Source: a virus
IMG/VR virus record: IMGVR_UViG_3300026521_000527
Coordinates: 72,865-136,864 of that record
DNA length: 64,000 nucleotides
Reading direction: 5' to 3' (one strand)
A program made the translations under genes and the position numbers. Position 1 is the first letter of the stretch. Each line of letters begins with the position of its first letter. Below are positions 39,137 through 48,391 of the stretch, in pieces. The notes beneath the pieces are model-generated. The model was not told the origin of the DNA, ran no database searches, and worked only from the letters and a program-made list of their open reading frames with translations.

Positions 39137-40009
39137 TTATAAACTAAATGTATCGAAATCACCCATAGGTGATATCTTTTCACTGTATTCTATACTCGCT
39201 ATCCCAACCATAGATACAGTTTTTATCCAAAATTCATTGGACTCATTTTTCCAAAGCTCAAAAGAAAGTTCTTCGATTTTAGCAATTGGAAATGGATTAA
39301 ATACTTTATATTGAGTAACCTCACCTTCGAAAGAATTAAAAGTATGTTTAAAAGTTTCTTTATCAGTACTTATTGAATTAATTTTAAAAGCCCCTTCATT
39401 TTCAACTATATCTAGAATAAAGAATTGACTTTCTGCATTTTTTTCAGATGTTTGAATGACCGCAACAACCTCTGGATGTACCTCAAAGCTATATATTTTT
39501 TGACCAAGATTAGGACGAGTAATTCTTGGCGCTGTTGTTTGATCAGGTTGAGGTAAAGCAACAGTATCCTTTGGAACCCCATCAACTAAACTTGAAATCA
39601 AATATCTATGTTGAGTATTATCTTGCACAAAGACAACTTCATCACCACCAGTCACAAGTCTAAGCATCTTAATATTAAATTTTGGATCTATTATATCAAA
39701 ATTATTTTCACCAAATAGTGTACTCATATCTGAGTATAAAAAACCACCACCAGATATTGAACTCAGTTTCCCATTTTCAATTGAAATTATATCAGTCTTT
39801 GCCATATTTGCTGAAAGTGTTGCAAGAATTTTTGTAAATCCACCATAGGCCGATGATTTAATCCTACCTATAATTCTTTGATTTTCAGCATCCTGTACTT
39901 CAAAATCATCTTTAAGTTCTTCCCTTTCAGCAACTGTTACTGGAGCAGGCTCTATTTCATGAACCTGTCCTATGCCATCAAAATTTTCAATATCTGTTGT
40001 CATTTCCAT
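39137..40009 (-). CDS. Putative sliding clamp (T4 gp45-like)
   Basis: FDIIDPKFNIKMLRLV and VALPQPDQTTAP resemble gp45 segments; the size and proximity to the clamp loader fit. Confidence 0.5.
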   Translation of the reverse strand: MEMTTDIENFDGIGQVHEIEPAPVTVAEREELKDDFEVQDAENQRIIGRIKSSAYGGFTKILATLSANMAKTDIISIENGKLSSISGGGFLYSDMSTLFGENNFDIIDPKFNIKMLRLVTGGDEVVFVQDNTQHRYLISSLVDGVPKDTVALPQPDQTTAPRITRPNLGQKIYSFEVHPEVVAVIQTSEKNAESQFFILDIVENEGAFKINSISTDKETFKHTFNSFEGEVTQYKVFNPFPIAKIEELSFELWKNESNEFWIKTVSMVGIASIEYSEKISPMGDFDTFSL

Positions 40010-40050
40010 ATTAATCCTTTATATTTTATTTTTCGCACAATTATATAATA

Positions 40051-40440
40051 TTATTTTTCAGAAGCATCGGCTGCCTCTATTTCGGCAGCCTTGCGTTTAA
40101 GTTGCTCTTCAACACTTTCATATTCTTCTAATCTTTTTACAGTATCATCTAAATAATCAAAATAGGCTTCTATGATTTCACGAGGAGGATATTCATGAAT
40201 AACAACAACATGATTTTCTTTAAAATCAATCTCTGGTAAAAAATTCATGGTGTATACAAAATCAAAAGGCATTAATCCAATACTCCCAGACTCCGGATTT
40301 AAAGTCATTAACGCAGGTAACGACATATTATAGCTACCATCTTCCCTTTGAAAGACTTCACCAATAACCATTTCACCAGTCACGAGTTTTAAAATTTTTA
40401 ATATTGCTTCATTTTCATCATGTGTTTTAATTTCTTGCAT
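40051..40440 (-). CDS. Hypothetical protein, possible Sm-like beta fold
   Basis: KILKLVTGEMVIGEV...LP..M pattern seen in small myophage proteins. Confidence 0.55.
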   Translation of the reverse strand: MQEIKTHDENEAILKILKLVTGEMVIGEVFQREDGSYNMSLPALMTLNPESGSIGLMPFDFVYTMNFLPEIDFKENHVVVIHEYPPREIIEAYFDYLDDTVKRLEEYESVEEQLKRKAAEIEAADASEK

Positions 40441-40469
40441 TATTTTCCTTCATTTTTATAAAATATATT

Positions 40470-40784
40470 TTAGTAATTCATATGAATTACATTATTATTG
40501 ATGGTAAAAGAAACTGTTGGGATATTCGCGATTGGATCTTTTACCCTCTCTCTAATTATCACAGGCATTGCTCTAAAATACAATTGTCTCACAAATGAAA
40601 GTATATTTGAGTCCTGAATTGGATAATTATTTTTAATTTCATCTATTGATATTTTTTCATTGATAAAAATATTCTCAGCGTCCGAAGCAGTGACCAATTG
40701 TTTATTATTTATTTTAACTGATTGTAAATTTTTACCAAACTGAATAATCATTTCAATAGTTTCGTCTTTTGAAAGATTCCTCAA
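40470..40784 (-). CDS. Hypothetical protein
   Basis: 104-aa ORF with a TTG start after AAGGAG. Confidence 0.6.
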   Translation of the reverse strand: MRNLSKDETIEMIIQFGKNLQSVKINNKQLVTASDAENIFINEKISIDEIKNNYPIQDSNILSFVRQLYFRAMPVIIRERVKDPIANIPTVSFTINNNVIHMNY

Positions 40785-40802
40785 GAACTTCTCCTTTATA
40801 AC

Positions 40803-41285
40803 TTATATTGTGCGTGTAATAGTAAAACTATTTTTAACTGTTGGTTTAATGCCAGCAATAATATCATTTTCCAACTTGCGAATGAAAGCATAAATTAAAT
40901 CATCTGTCTTTATTCGAATATTTTTAATTTCTTTAGTTTCTGAGTTCATAATATCAAGAGATATTTCAGAACTTGATGCATGAACATCAGTCATTCTAAT
41001 AATAAAATATTTTTCAAATGCATTTGATTTTGGTGCTTTATTTGAATTTACTAAAGCAATTACTGGCTTCATCCCAATGGATTCATCCAATTTTTCAATA
41101 AAATTTGATGAATAAATTAATTTTAATATCTCATCATCAACTGAATACCAATCAATGGTTTCGTAACAATTTTCTGTCTTTTTAATTTTGAATGTCCAAG
41201 TCTTTTGCTCGACACGGCATTTAAGATACTTTCTCAGTGATTTGAATAGTTTCTTATCAGCTTTTGTAAGTTTAATGTTTTTCAT
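40803..41285 (-). CDS. Paralog family member 1 (single domain)
   Basis: Shares identical KLTKADKKLFKSLRKYLKCRVEQ and AFIRKLENDIIAGIKPTVKNSF with 41352-41837. Confidence 0.8.
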   Translation of the reverse strand: MKNIKLTKADKKLFKSLRKYLKCRVEQKTWTFKIKKTENCYETIDWYSVDDEILKLIYSSNFIEKLDESIGMKPVIALVNSNKAPKSNAFEKYFIIRMTDVHASSSEISLDIMNSETKEIKNIRIKTDDLIYAFIRKLENDIIAGIKPTVKNSFTITRTI

Positions 41286-41328
41286 AATCTTCCTTTAAAA
41301 ATAAAATAAAATAAAAATAAAATAAAAA

Positions 41329-41350
41329 TAAAACCCCAAGAGGGGTTTTA
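41329..41350 (-). terminator. Rho-independent terminator-like hairpin
   Basis: aaaacccc-aaga-ggggtttt followed on the minus strand by a long U-rich tract. Confidence 0.7.
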
Positions 41351-41351
41351 T

Positions 41352-41837
41352 TTATTGTGGTAGTGCAAAGACAATAGCAAAACTATTTTTAACTGTTGGT
41401 TTAATGCCAGCAATAATATCATTTTCCAACTTACGAATGAAAGCATAAGCTAGATTTTCAATCGGAATTTTAATTTTGAATGGTTTATCATTGCTATCCT
41501 TTCCGGATGATACAATTATAGATAACTGTTTTGATTTTTTATGTATTTTTACAACTTCTAAAATCAATACTTTCTTAAATACATTTGGCTCCTTTTGTGA
41601 TTTTAATACAATATAAGGTTTGGGGAAATTTGCATCAAATAAATTCTCTTTAATAAAAGAAGATTCATAGATGCAATTGATAACTTCATTATCAATTGCA
41701 GAGTCTTCAACTATTTTTCCATCTTTTAATTTAAAAGAGACTATACCCTGCTCGACACGGCATTTAAGATACTTTCTCAGTGATTTGAATAGTTTCTTAT
41801 CAGCTTTTGTAAGTTTAATAAAATCATTGTTTTTCAT
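41352..41837 (-). CDS. Paralog family member 2 (single domain)
   Basis: Shares terminal blocks with 40803-41285. Confidence 0.8.
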   Translation of the reverse strand: MKNNDFIKLTKADKKLFKSLRKYLKCRVEQGIVSFKLKDGKIVEDSAIDNEVINCIYESSFIKENLFDANFPKPYIVLKSQKEPNVFKKVLILEVVKIHKKSKQLSIIVSSGKDSNDKPFKIKIPIENLAYAFIRKLENDIIAGIKPTVKNSFAIVFALPQ

Positions 41838-41855
41838 AATCTTCCTTTAAAGTTT

Positions 41856-43169
41856 TTATTTAATTATATTTTTTAATCCGTCCATTATGTCATTAACAAC
41901 TTCAGTTAAAACATCTTCAGTTTCCTTTTTTTTTACGATGAACATTGGATTATCTGATTCTCCAGTAATGAGTTCCATTTCGACAAATCTTATAACATCC
42001 AGCGCGAATTCTTTAGGAGTTAATCTAAATTTTTCAACACCTCTTTTTGATGTTTCAATAGAACCAACCATTGTTCCAGTTGATTGATCTAGATCAACAT
42101 CAATAATTTTTGCACGAAGGAAAACTTCTACACCTTCATCAGTTTTATGTTTTTTAGCGATCAATCCGACGAAATTATTGCTATGTTTATAAGATGTATG
42201 TATCGCACTACAAATTTTTGCAAATAATGTCTGGTCAAATTCAATTCCGGTATCTTTTATTTTTCCTTTTTTAGAAATTTTAAAAGTCCCTTTTTTATTA
42301 TCAACCATTTTTTTGATTTCTGGGACTATTTCAGACATAACCTCTTTGACAAAAACTGAAACAGCCATATCATCTTTAATCGTATCTGGCTCTGGCATTT
42401 TACCTAAATCTTTTTTAAGATTTGGGATAAGTTTATCAGATATAGTTTTTATCATTTGCTCATGATTATTATCCGGCTCGATGATATTTTTAACAACACA
42501 ATGAATTTTTAATGCTTTTGCGTGCATAAATTCATCGTTGGTCATAACTATAATCCTACCTTCAGTTGGGCAGAAGATCTCAACTCTATTTTCATCTACA
42601 CTGTAATCTACAATAATCATTGTGGAAACTGCAACTTGGTCATTTTTTATTTCAACTGCAAGTTTTAATGAGTCACCAACTTTAACCTGACTTGAGGTAA
42701 GTTCTTTTGTAACTTCAACTAACTCTTTTGGTAAATCAGTTGGATCTTTTGGAAAATTTTCCCAAAAATCTTCTGGATTATCAAGGACTAAGAGTTTAAA
42801 ATCATCTTTAAATTCAGTTGTTCTGAAATATTCAGTCCACTTCATGATATGTGCATAGACTGCATGTGATATTTTATCTTTCATCCCAATTAACTTTTCC
42901 TTCACATTGGCTGACATTTTAACATTACCTTTTTTAGTAAGTTTAAATGTTGTTTTACAGATAAATACTGGAATCATATCTGGTATATCAATTTCACTCG
43001 TATGTAATGGAAAAACTGTTTCTACAGTTAGTGAACCACCAGCAGCAACTAAAGCTTTCTTTAGATTTTTGAATCTTTTTTTAGCTTTATTTATATTCAC
43101 ATCATCTGGTGAAAATGTAAGTCCTAATCTTTCAGCGTCGTGTCTTTTAATAGTTATAATCTTATCCAT
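41856..43169 (-). CDS. Paralog family member 3 (two-domain)
   Basis: Shares FKNLKK, EIFCPT, FKISKKGKIK and IRFVEME-type blocks with 43254-44444. Confidence 0.8.
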   Translation of the reverse strand: MDKIITIKRHDAERLGLTFSPDDVNINKAKKRFKNLKKALVAAGGSLTVETVFPLHTSEIDIPDMIPVFICKTTFKLTKKGNVKMSANVKEKLIGMKDKISHAVYAHIMKWTEYFRTTEFKDDFKLLVLDNPEDFWENFPKDPTDLPKELVEVTKELTSSQVKVGDSLKLAVEIKNDQVAVSTMIIVDYSVDENRVEIFCPTEGRIIVMTNDEFMHAKALKIHCVVKNIIEPDNNHEQMIKTISDKLIPNLKKDLGKMPEPDTIKDDMAVSVFVKEVMSEIVPEIKKMVDNKKGTFKISKKGKIKDTGIEFDQTLFAKICSAIHTSYKHSNNFVGLIAKKHKTDEGVEVFLRAKIIDVDLDQSTGTMVGSIETSKRGVEKFRLTPKEFALDVIRFVEMELITGESDNPMFIVKKKETEDVLTEVVNDIMDGLKNIIK

Positions 43170-43220
43170 TTTTTGCTCCTTTTAATGTCTAAAGTTTATT
43201 AAAAATTTAAAATAATTTTT

Positions 43221-43251
43221 GGATGGCTCTTCAGACTCTGAAGAGCCATCC
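43221..43251. repeat. Inverted repeat, 15-bp stem, 1-nt loop
   Basis: ggatggctcttcaga-c-tctgaagagccatcc. Confidence 0.95.
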
Positions 43252-43253
43252 AC

Positions 43254-44444
43254 CTAAACTAGAGAATATTCGATAAATCTAATATCTTTAACCTTTGATA
43301 AAAACTCCATCTCAATATATCTTACGAGAGACATTACAAAATCATTATTTGTCATCACAAAGGACTCATTGTTATTTTTAATACCAGACACAGCATTATT
43401 TTCAAAAGATAATTTTGATAGTTTTACACAATTAAATGTTTTATTATCCTTTGATTTTTCAGCGATAAATACACTAGCTCCAACAACATCACTGCTTGTT
43501 TTGGCAATTGAAAAAACACTTGCCAAAAGATTGGTATTTGGCTCCCATATGTATTTTATTTTTCCTTTTTTAGAAATTTTAAAAGTTGGGTTTTTGTCAA
43601 TAACTCTTACAACCTCTGATATAACCTCAGATTCGATTTTTTTTAGGCTTGGGATTTTATCAGCCTGTGTTGCATCTGGCGACAATTTTGAATCTTTAGT
43701 TAGGTTAAAGCCTAATTTTTTTATGATAGATTTCAAAGCTTCGTCAGAATCTGACGAAGCTTTAACCAAATCGTTAACCATTAAATGTTTATTTAATAGG
43801 ACTGCATGGATGAACTCATTTTTATCGAACTTGATTATTGTCGCATCTGTCGGACAGAATACTTCAATCTGATTTTTTTTATCTTTGATTTTATATATAA
43901 TAACATCAAAAGAAACTAAAATCCCATTTCCAATATCCGCTGCAATTTTTATCCGGTTTCCTATATCATCCGATGTGTATTTTTTAAGTTCAATCATTTT
44001 TAATTCCTCTGGAATATCTTCAACTCTCTTTGGAAAGTTGTCATATAATTCATTGTATAACTCATTACTCACTTCAATTTTTTTGAAAGTGTTTTCTAAA
44101 TAACCAGTTCTTAGAAAAGTCGTCCAGCTGATCAAATTGCCAAAAAGTTGCTCGGTTAACACACCTACACTAAGTTCTGAATCATTAGCATAAATCTCAT
44201 AAATTAATTCATCTTTTTTTTTGGTAATTGTCATCTTACCTAAAATAACAGTTACCATTTCTTCAGATTCTTTATAAAATGGCAGGCAAATTTCAATATC
44301 TAAGATATTGTCCTTAACTCTTTTAAGAATTTTTTTTAGGTTTTTAAAACCATCTCTTGATTCTTGATTACATTCGAATTGAATAGTAGTTGGGCTCAAA
44401 CCATTTTGAATTGCTACATCAAGAGGTATTTTAATTACTTGCAT
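43254..44444 (-). CDS. Paralog family member 4 (two-domain)
   Basis: Shares blocks with 41856-43169. Confidence 0.8.
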   Translation of the reverse strand: MQVIKIPLDVAIQNGLSPTTIQFECNQESRDGFKNLKKILKRVKDNILDIEICLPFYKESEEMVTVILGKMTITKKKDELIYEIYANDSELSVGVLTEQLFGNLISWTTFLRTGYLENTFKKIEVSNELYNELYDNFPKRVEDIPEELKMIELKKYTSDDIGNRIKIAADIGNGILVSFDVIIYKIKDKKNQIEVFCPTDATIIKFDKNEFIHAVLLNKHLMVNDLVKASSDSDEALKSIIKKLGFNLTKDSKLSPDATQADKIPSLKKIESEVISEVVRVIDKNPTFKISKKGKIKYIWEPNTNLLASVFSIAKTSSDVVGASVFIAEKSKDNKTFNCVKLSKLSFENNAVSGIKNNNESFVMTNNDFVMSLVRYIEMEFLSKVKDIRFIEYSLV

Positions 44445-44528
44445 CTTTTTCCTTTAATTTTTTTAATCTTATTTTATTTAATCATATACTACATATTACC
44501 TTATTTTTTTAATAAATAAAAAAAATTT

Positions 44529-44566
44529 GGGGATGTCTACATGAAACTAAGTTCATGCAAATCCCC
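44529..44566 (-). terminator. Terminator-like imperfect hairpin
   Basis: ggggat..catgaa/ttcatg..atcccc followed by a U-tract on the minus strand. Confidence 0.55.
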
Positions 44567-44624
44567 GGATATTAATGTAATGTATGTGTGTATGTATGTG
44601 TCGAAATTAGAATTCTAGTCTAGA

Positions 44625-44807
44625 TTAGAATCCTGATTTCGCTCTCCCTTGAATGCTTTGGCCGCTTTGGCGTGTAATCGTTACACCACCAGCTGATGGT
44701 GCTGAAGCTTGAGCTCCACTACCAGTTGGTGCACCAGATGTTGCTGCTTGTGCTCCTGTAGCTGCTGTTGCTGCCGCGATCATATCTTGCATATTTACAC
44801 TTGCCAT
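44625..44807 (-). CDS. Small Ala/Gly/Thr/Ser-rich protein (60 aa)
   Basis: Start MASVN after AAGGA; GCT/GCA/GGT-biased codons; has its own promoter motif and terminator. Confidence 0.7.
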   Translation of the reverse strand: MASVNMQDMIAAATAATGAQAATSGAPTGSGAQASAPSAGGVTITRQSGQSIQGRAKSGF

Positions 44808-44826
44808 GTAATATCCTTTAAAAAAA

Positions 44827-44885
44827 ATTAGACGGAAGAGTTGATTTCTTAGCAAAAAAATCAACAGATAACTCTTCCGTCTAAT
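44827..44885. repeat. Hairpin, 16-bp outer stem, just downstream of a promoter-like motif
   Basis: attagacggaagagtt / aactcttccgtctaat. Confidence 0.9.
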
Positions 44886-44890
44886 AATAT

Positions 44891-44920
44891 TATTTATATA
44901 CTATCCGAAAGTTATTCTAA
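44891..44920 (-). promoter_or_regulatory. Candidate phage promoter TTAGAATAA-N9-AGTATATAAATA
   Basis: Third copy of the bipartite motif. Confidence 0.55.
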
Positions 44921-44937
44921 AATATATTTTGATAGTT

Positions 44938-46575
44938 TTATTCGATTGAAACTATATTAAGCATTAATTTTCTACTGGATCCAAAAGTATCTTCACCTAG
45001 CTTAAAATATATAGAATATTCTTTATTAATCTCAGGTACTTCCGATGTAAAAAACTTCATCGCTTTGAACTTAATTAATTTATTTTTATCGGATAACTCC
45101 AAACTAAGATGATTTTTACCTTTACCTATTAATTTGGCTTTTGTAATTATTGCTTCTGTTCTGAAAATTGGTCTCTCATAATCTTTTCCAAAAGGTTCAA
45201 ACATTTTCAATGAATCATACAATGAAATATCTAGATAATTGAACGGAATAAACCCTATTGATTTTATATCGGATTTAAACATTTCCTTGGGAATTCTTGC
45301 GCTTTTATCTAGTAATTCTTTATAAAAATTATCAAAATTTTCTAAAGTTACCGTTATCCCCAAAGCCTGTTTATGTCCACCAACTTGCTTAACGTATTTA
45401 TTATCTCTAAGAATTTCAAGTATATTGATTTTTCCAGCGGTTCGTCCACTACCAGAATACTCTTGGGTATCCGGATTAAAATTAAAAACTATTGCTGGCT
45501 TATTATATTTCTCTACAAGTTTTGATGCAACAATTCCTGCTACACTTTTATATTCTTTATGAAATCTTCCAGGAATAATTATAAAATCTTTATCAAAATA
45601 TTGTCTGTAATGTTTTTCAACGTATTCAAATAAATCATTTTGAATTTTTTTGCGTGTATCATTGACCTGTTTTAAATAATTGAACCACTCTAAACTTTTT
45701 TCCTCAGTTTCTTGAATCATAAATAGGGCACCGTGATCTGCCTTTGTAATTCTTTGAGTAGCATTTATCATCGGAGTTAGATTAAAAGCAATGTCCTCGG
45801 CCGTTGGGGAATCGGATACAAACTTTCTAAATGTTTTAAAATAAATTCTTTCAATTGAGTTCTTTTGAACTCCAGTGGTTAAACTTTTTACCACAAATCT
45901 ATTTAGATGTCTATCAATAGGCATCACATCACTTATTGTAGTTAATCCTAATTCAGGTAAGAATTCATTAAATAAATTAACATTTAATCCAAGACGTTCA
46001 CAAATTGCCTTTAAAAAAAACCACAATACAAACGTTCCACTAATATCTTTATATTTAAAATTGTCTCCAGGTATGTGTGGATCGACTATTGCTGGTGTAT
46101 CAGGTAACCCCAATTCTAAATCTGGTTGATGGTGATCTGTAATTATAACATTCGCTCCCATTTCACGAGCTTTCCTAGTTGCATCAACACTTGTAATTCC
46201 ATTATCTGCAGTTATGTATAAACTAACATCTTCAGTTACATGCGATGGTAAAAATCCATAACCTTGCTTTCTATCAGTTATTATAAACTCAACATATTGA
46301 TACTTAAAATGTTTTAAAAAGAAATTCCAAAAAAGTGTATAAGTTCCTAATCCATCACAATCACTATCACATATGCATTTTATTTTCTTATTATTACTAA
46401 TTGCTTCGACAAAATAATCAACAGCTATTTGCATATTCTTTAAATCAAAAGGATCTGGGAATTGATCCAATGATTCAATCTGATCTGGGTGTAATTTATT
46501 TTTTAAAATTTCTTCAATATCATCAATTGAATTAATTATTATTTCTTTTTCTTTTTGCGTAGTATTATTGTCCAT
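44938..46575 (-). CDS. recJ: RecJ ssDNA 5'-3' exonuclease
   Basis: DSDCDG, TADNG, TDHH, ISDVMP, GSGR and GGH..A.G. Confidence 0.92.
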   Translation of the reverse strand: MDNNTTQKEKEIIINSIDDIEEILKNKLHPDQIESLDQFPDPFDLKNMQIAVDYFVEAISNNKKIKCICDSDCDGLGTYTLFWNFFLKHFKYQYVEFIITDRKQGYGFLPSHVTEDVSLYITADNGITSVDATRKAREMGANVIITDHHQPDLELGLPDTPAIVDPHIPGDNFKYKDISGTFVLWFFLKAICERLGLNVNLFNEFLPELGLTTISDVMPIDRHLNRFVVKSLTTGVQKNSIERIYFKTFRKFVSDSPTAEDIAFNLTPMINATQRITKADHGALFMIQETEEKSLEWFNYLKQVNDTRKKIQNDLFEYVEKHYRQYFDKDFIIIPGRFHKEYKSVAGIVASKLVEKYNKPAIVFNFNPDTQEYSGSGRTAGKINILEILRDNKYVKQVGGHKQALGITVTLENFDNFYKELLDKSARIPKEMFKSDIKSIGFIPFNYLDISLYDSLKMFEPFGKDYERPIFRTEAIITKAKLIGKGKNHLSLELSDKNKLIKFKAMKFFTSEVPEINKEYSIYFKLGEDTFGSSRKLMLNIVSIE

Positions 46576-46618
46576 CTTTATTATTTTCCTTAATGATAAA
46601 TTTTAAGCACAGGAGGGT

Positions 46619-46649
46619 TAGAGTGTTGTGGCTTAGCCACAACACTCTA
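46619..46649. repeat. Inverted repeat, 15-bp stem, 1-nt loop, overlapping a stop codon
   Basis: tagagtgttgtggct-t-agccacaacactcta. Confidence 0.95.
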
Positions 46650-47153
46650 TTCAAATAAATTACTTACCGGATGGAAACTATGATAATTTTTACAATTAAC
46701 ACAATAAGTTAATCCATCTTTATAATACTGTTCAGATTCTGAAATCCCATGTCTAGGATTATCTGGAATTTTATTACCATCATCGTCTTCAGTATATCTT
46801 TGACTTTCTTCAAGCTCTTCAGTTTTTCCTTCAATTACTTCCTGATAACTAAATTTATTTCTTAAAGGATATGGTGAATTAATATCGATTATGTATCCAC
46901 ATTTACCATAATATAAATTCTCAATCCCGTCTATAGAATCATTATCTAATAATTTAATAGGGAACCTTTCATTATAAATTCTATTTTCTGGTAAAGTAAC
47001 GGTGATATTCATATCTGATGTTTTAAAATCAATAAGCGCAACTCTTTTATTAGCAACTGCTTTATATTTATAAAGAACTTGTTGATTAAGTTTTTCTTTA
47101 TTTAAACCTAATGTTTCTAATATTGAATCCAAATCTTTAAATACTGCTGTCAA
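46647..47153 (-). CDS. Hypothetical protein
   Basis: 168 aa with a C-terminal CVNC..H. Confidence 0.65.
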   Translation of the reverse strand: MTAVFKDLDSILETLGLNKEKLNQQVLYKYKAVANKRVALIDFKTSDMNITVTLPENRIYNERFPIKLLDNDSIDGIENLYYGKCGYIIDINSPYPLRNKFSYQEVIEGKTEELEESQRYTEDDDGNKIPDNPRHGISESEQYYKDGLTYCVNCKNYHSFHPVSNLFE

Positions 47154-47162
47154 TTTAACTCC

Positions 47163-47846
47163 TTATATATTTTCTGGGTCGACTTCGTTATATTTTTCCA
47201 ATAATGCTAAGAATTTTTCCATATCTGTATTTGATATAATTTCTTTAAAAATGCCAAGAAAATAATTTCTTTTCTTTATATGATCATCTAGTAAATTTAC
47301 ACTTGATTCAACTAATGTTTTCTTTGCGACTTTTTCAAAAGCAGCCAATGTTGTCACAAAATTATCAACTCTATTTATCTCATCATCAATTATATCTAAA
47401 ATATCTATCCGTAGTTGAATTAACCCGTTAATATTATCATCTTTTAATTCTAATAAATAATCGTTAAGATCATCATACCCCTTATTTTTCAAAAATTGTT
47501 TAAGTATCTGAAATGGAAAAAAGAACATGATAAAATTTATAAATTTTTTTAAAAAAAGAATTTTCTCATCTGGGTTTGCAAAATATCTGACCAAATCATC
47601 ATATTCGATATCAATATAATATTCATCCAAATTCTGAAGCCAAGGTTCAAATGCTGCTTTATACCACCATTCAAACTCACCTTGGGTCATATTATCAATA
47701 TCATCTTCGAATAGATAATAATTAAAATTTTTAATATCAAAATCTCTAAGATATTTTAATTCATGAACCATTAAAATTGCTTCATCTTCAGTTGGTTTTT
47801 CCAAACCAACTGAATTAATTCCCTCATTATCCATATAAAAAACCAT
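47163..47846 (-). CDS. Hypothetical acidic protein
   Basis: 227-aa ORF with an RBS. Confidence 0.7.
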   Translation of the reverse strand: MVFYMDNEGINSVGLEKPTEDEAILMVHELKYLRDFDIKNFNYYLFEDDIDNMTQGEFEWWYKAAFEPWLQNLDEYYIDIEYDDLVRYFANPDEKILFLKKFINFIMFFFPFQILKQFLKNKGYDDLNDYLLELKDDNINGLIQLRIDILDIIDDEINRVDNFVTTLAAFEKVAKKTLVESSVNLLDDHIKKRNYFLGIFKEIISNTDMEKFLALLEKYNEVDPENI

Positions 47847-47899
47847 CTTTATCCTTTTTAGTATTATTTATATAGAAGTCTAAACCAACTCTATATTAA

Positions 47900-48391
47900 T
47901 TATTTCATCTCTTTCTTAAGAATTTTTATCCAAGTATCATATGCTTGATATTTTTTAAAGAAATTATAAAAAGCTTTCGCGTTAAATTCTTTTTCTGTCT
48001 TATTAAAATAATGTTCCTCGATAAAATCAAAATAAACTTCACATAAATCCTCAACATATAAAGAAGATTCATTATCTGGTCCATAAATTAAATTATACAA
48101 TTTAGGATAATCTTTATATTTATTTTTTAAATGCATGAGATTTTTCTTGAGTCCTAAAATACTCTTTTGACTAATAAGGCCTTCAAGAAGCATGAATTCA
48201 AAACAGAATCCAGCAGCAATTGTATCCCAAATTACATCATCTGGTTGTTTTTTTGAGTCAGGTCTAAACGATGTCTTGCAATCATCATCAGACGTTTCGG
48301 CAATCATTTTTTTCTCATTTACCTTAAGCTTAATATTATTTCTTCTTTTTTCTATAATATCATCTATCTTTTTAATTAAACCTTTTAACAT
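47900..48391 (-). CDS. Hypothetical protein
   Basis: 163-aa ORF after GGAGG. Confidence 0.7.
   Translation of the reverse strand: MLKGLIKKIDDIIEKRRNNIKLKVNEKKMIAETSDDDCKTSFRPDSKKQPDDVIWDTIAAGFCFEFMLLEGLISQKSILGLKKNLMHLKNKYKDYPKLYNLIYGPDNESSLYVEDLCEVYFDFIEEHYFNKTEKEFNAKAFYNFFKKYQAYDTWIKILKKEMK

Noticed and set aside
41297-41333. (AAAAT)n run as a functional repeat
   Set aside because: Best explained as the U-rich tail of the adjacent terminator in an AT-rich genome.
29832-46649. Calling all long hairpins Rho-independent terminators
   Set aside because: Those at 29832, 39101, 43221 and 46619 have 1-3 nt loops and no U-tract on the coding strand; only 41329 and 44529 were annotated as terminators.
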